Assembly (NCBI RefSeq): GCF_963921235.1
Contig: NC_086103.1
Span: forward strand, 128,960,001-129,024,000
Direction: 5' to 3'
Length of the DNA: 64,000 nt
DNA from: Mobula hypostoma
Lineage: Eukaryota
Below, in pieces: positions 62,116 to 64,000 of this stretch (positions are counted from its first letter, which is position 1; the number at the start of each line of letters is the position of its first letter). The notes beneath the pieces are model-generated. The model did not search any database and had not been told where the DNA came from. It worked only from the letters and a program-made list of their open reading frames with translations. Both the position numbers and the translations under genes were made by a program.

Positions 62116-62476
62116 TTAAGATGCTTGTTGTTGATCCAACAGTGGCACTGTTGAAAGAAGTTCTGAGATGTAGGAATATACCACTTGTTGGCTAGGTATA
62201 AAAGTGACAAATGCAATTCAACATTCAGATTTTTTAGGCAATATTTGGGGGGAGGAAATGACCAATCAAGAGAATGTATGATGAATGTTAGGATAACAAG
62301 AACAGAGAGAGCTTGTAGTGTATGTTCTCTAGTCTCTGAAGGTAACAGGATAGGTAGAGAATAAAAAGGCATGCAACATACTTACATTTGTTGGACCAGA
62401 CATGAAGTAGAGGAATAAAGGCAGGTTATGCAGAAGTGTATATAAAGCATTAGATTGTCCACGTCTTGAGTATGAG

Positions 62477-62526
62477 GTGTGTGTGTGTGTATGTATGTCT
62501 GTGAATATGTATATATATATGTGTGT
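62477..62526. repeat. Compound (TG)n/(TA)n microsatellite
   Basis: gtgtgtgtgtgtgtatgtatg...tatatatatatgtgtgtg. Confidence 0.8.
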
Positions 62527-62929
62527 GGTAGTCATCTGCAACTTTCGTGACATAGGTGACATAGTGGGAAGGTAGAAACGCAACATATTTAAAAAGTTTC
62601 TAGGCAAGCGGTTGTGGAAGTTGTGGTTGAGAGCAAGGAAGGGAGGAAAAACTAAGTTGCTGTGCTTTTGGTTGACAAGGGAATGAATGAATGAAGGGCA
62701 GAAATATCAGTATTGTTTCAATCCTGAAAGTTGTTGAGTAAGTTTTATTGAATTGTTATAAAATCTGTTGCAGTTCACCTGCTTCTGTGGATAGAAATTT
62801 GTCACACATTTTAGCCTGTATGCAACAATAAACTCACGAACATGGTTCACTAATCTGCCATCTGAAATGATCTATCAGGGTACTCACTCAACCCTGAAAG
62901 GTTCTTCACTCAATCTTGGAGCATCTGGT

Positions 62930-63850
62930 CAGCAAAGATGCATACATCAGCATACTCTTTATTGATGACAACTTGGCATTCAATACTATGATCCCCTCAT
63001 AACTAATCAATAAGCTTCAAGATCCTGGCCTCAGTATCTTCTTGCACAATTGGAGTCTCTATTTCTTCACTTGCAGACACCAGTCAGTTTGGATTGGCAA
63101 CAACATCTACACAACCTTCATCAGCACAAGTGCACCTCAAGTGCGTAGCCCCCTGCTGTGCTCACTTTCCACCCAAGACTGTGTAGCTAAGCACAGCTCC
63201 AAAGCCATATTCAAGTTTGCTGAGGTCACCACTTTCGTAGGCTGAATCAAAGGTGGTGATGAATCAGCATATAGGAGGGAGATTGATAACCAGACTGAAT
63301 GGTGCCTTAACAACAACCTCCTACTCAATGTCATTAAAACCAAAGTGCTTCAGGAGGATAAAACCAGAGGTCCATGAGCCAGTCCTTAGAGGTGGAGAGG
63401 GTTAACAACTTTAAATTCCTCGGTGTTATTTCAGAGGACCTGTCCTGGGCCCAGCACGTAAGTGTAATTGTGAAGAAAGTACTGCAGCGCCTCTGCTTCC
63501 TTAGGAGTTTGTGAAAATTCAGCATGACATCTAAAACTTTGACAAACTTCCATGGATGTGTAGTGGAGAGTGTTCTGACAGGCTGCATCACAGCCTGGTA
63601 TGGAAACACCATTGCCCTTGAACAGAAAATCCTACAAAATGTAGTCAATACTGCCCAGTCCCTCATGGATAAAGTCCTCCCCACTATTGAGCACATCTGT
63701 ATGGAGTGTTGGAGTATGAGGGAAAGCAGCATCCATCATCAGGAACCCCTAAAACCCAGATCATGCTCTCTTCTTGCTGCTGTCATCAGGAAGAAGGTAC
63801 AAGAGCTTCAGGGCTCATTCCACCAGGTTCAGGAACAGTTATTACCCCTC
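62930..63850 (+). mobile_element. Degenerate Rex1-like LINE fragment
   Basis: AIFKFAEVTT, FKFLGVIS, TNFHGCVVESVLTGCITAWYGN. Confidence 0.8.
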
Positions 63851-63992
63851 AACACACACAAAAGGCTGGAGAAACTCAGCAGGCCAAGCAGCATCTATGG
63901 AAAACGATAGATGCTGCCTGGCATGCTCAGTTCTTCCAATGTTTTGTGTGTATTGCTCGGATTTCCAACATCTTTTCTACAGATTTTCTCTT
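63850..63992. mobile_element. Miniature palindromic PLE-derived element
   Basis: caacacacacaaaaggctggagaaactcagcaggccaagcagcatcta pairs with tagatgctgcctggcatgctcagttcttccaatgttttgtgtgtattg, followed by a single tail. gttattac occurs on both sides. Confidence 0.75.
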
Positions 63993-64000
63993 GTTATTAC

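Noticed and set aside
1-64000. CRISPR arrays, operons or prokaryotic defence systems
   Set aside because: The sequence is intron-containing vertebrate DNA with no repeat-spacer array. The RT and GIY-YIG ORFs are explained by LINEs and Penelope-like elements.

Overview
Eukaryotic, transposon-rich vertebrate DNA. It is most likely from a cartilaginous fish (ray/batoid), inferred from the HE1/V-SINE-like, CR1, Rex1 and Penelope repeat content. The window holds the syntenic housekeeping block MITD1(-, 5' part) / MRPL30(+, complete, 5 coding exons, 157 aa) ... TXNDC9(-, complete, 4 coding exons, 225 aa) / EIF5B(+, first exon). I rebuilt the exons by hand from GT-AG boundaries and protein similarity. 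Most of the rest is mobile DNA: a CR1 with an intact 967-aa ORF2, two full-length L1-clade LINEs with TSDs, two Tc1 elements, Tigger, hAT and Harbinger-type non-autonomous elements, a Gypsy relic, Rex1 relics, SINEs and many Penelope-like elements (PLEs). The most striking structure is the PLE system. Seven recognisable minimal type-I hammerhead ribozyme motifs lie in PLE 3' ends. PLE insertions also occur as TSD-flanked tail-out palindromes at very different scales (about 2.6 kb, 1.4 kb, 190 bp and 145 bp). PLE hammerheads and inverted pseudo-LTRs are known in general, so any novelty would lie in the lineage-specific miniature hairpins, the junction signatures and the effects on host genes. 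There is a 135-nt N gap at 31025-31159. Boundaries of degenerate TEs are approximate. No database searches were run, and comparisons with human genes are from memory.
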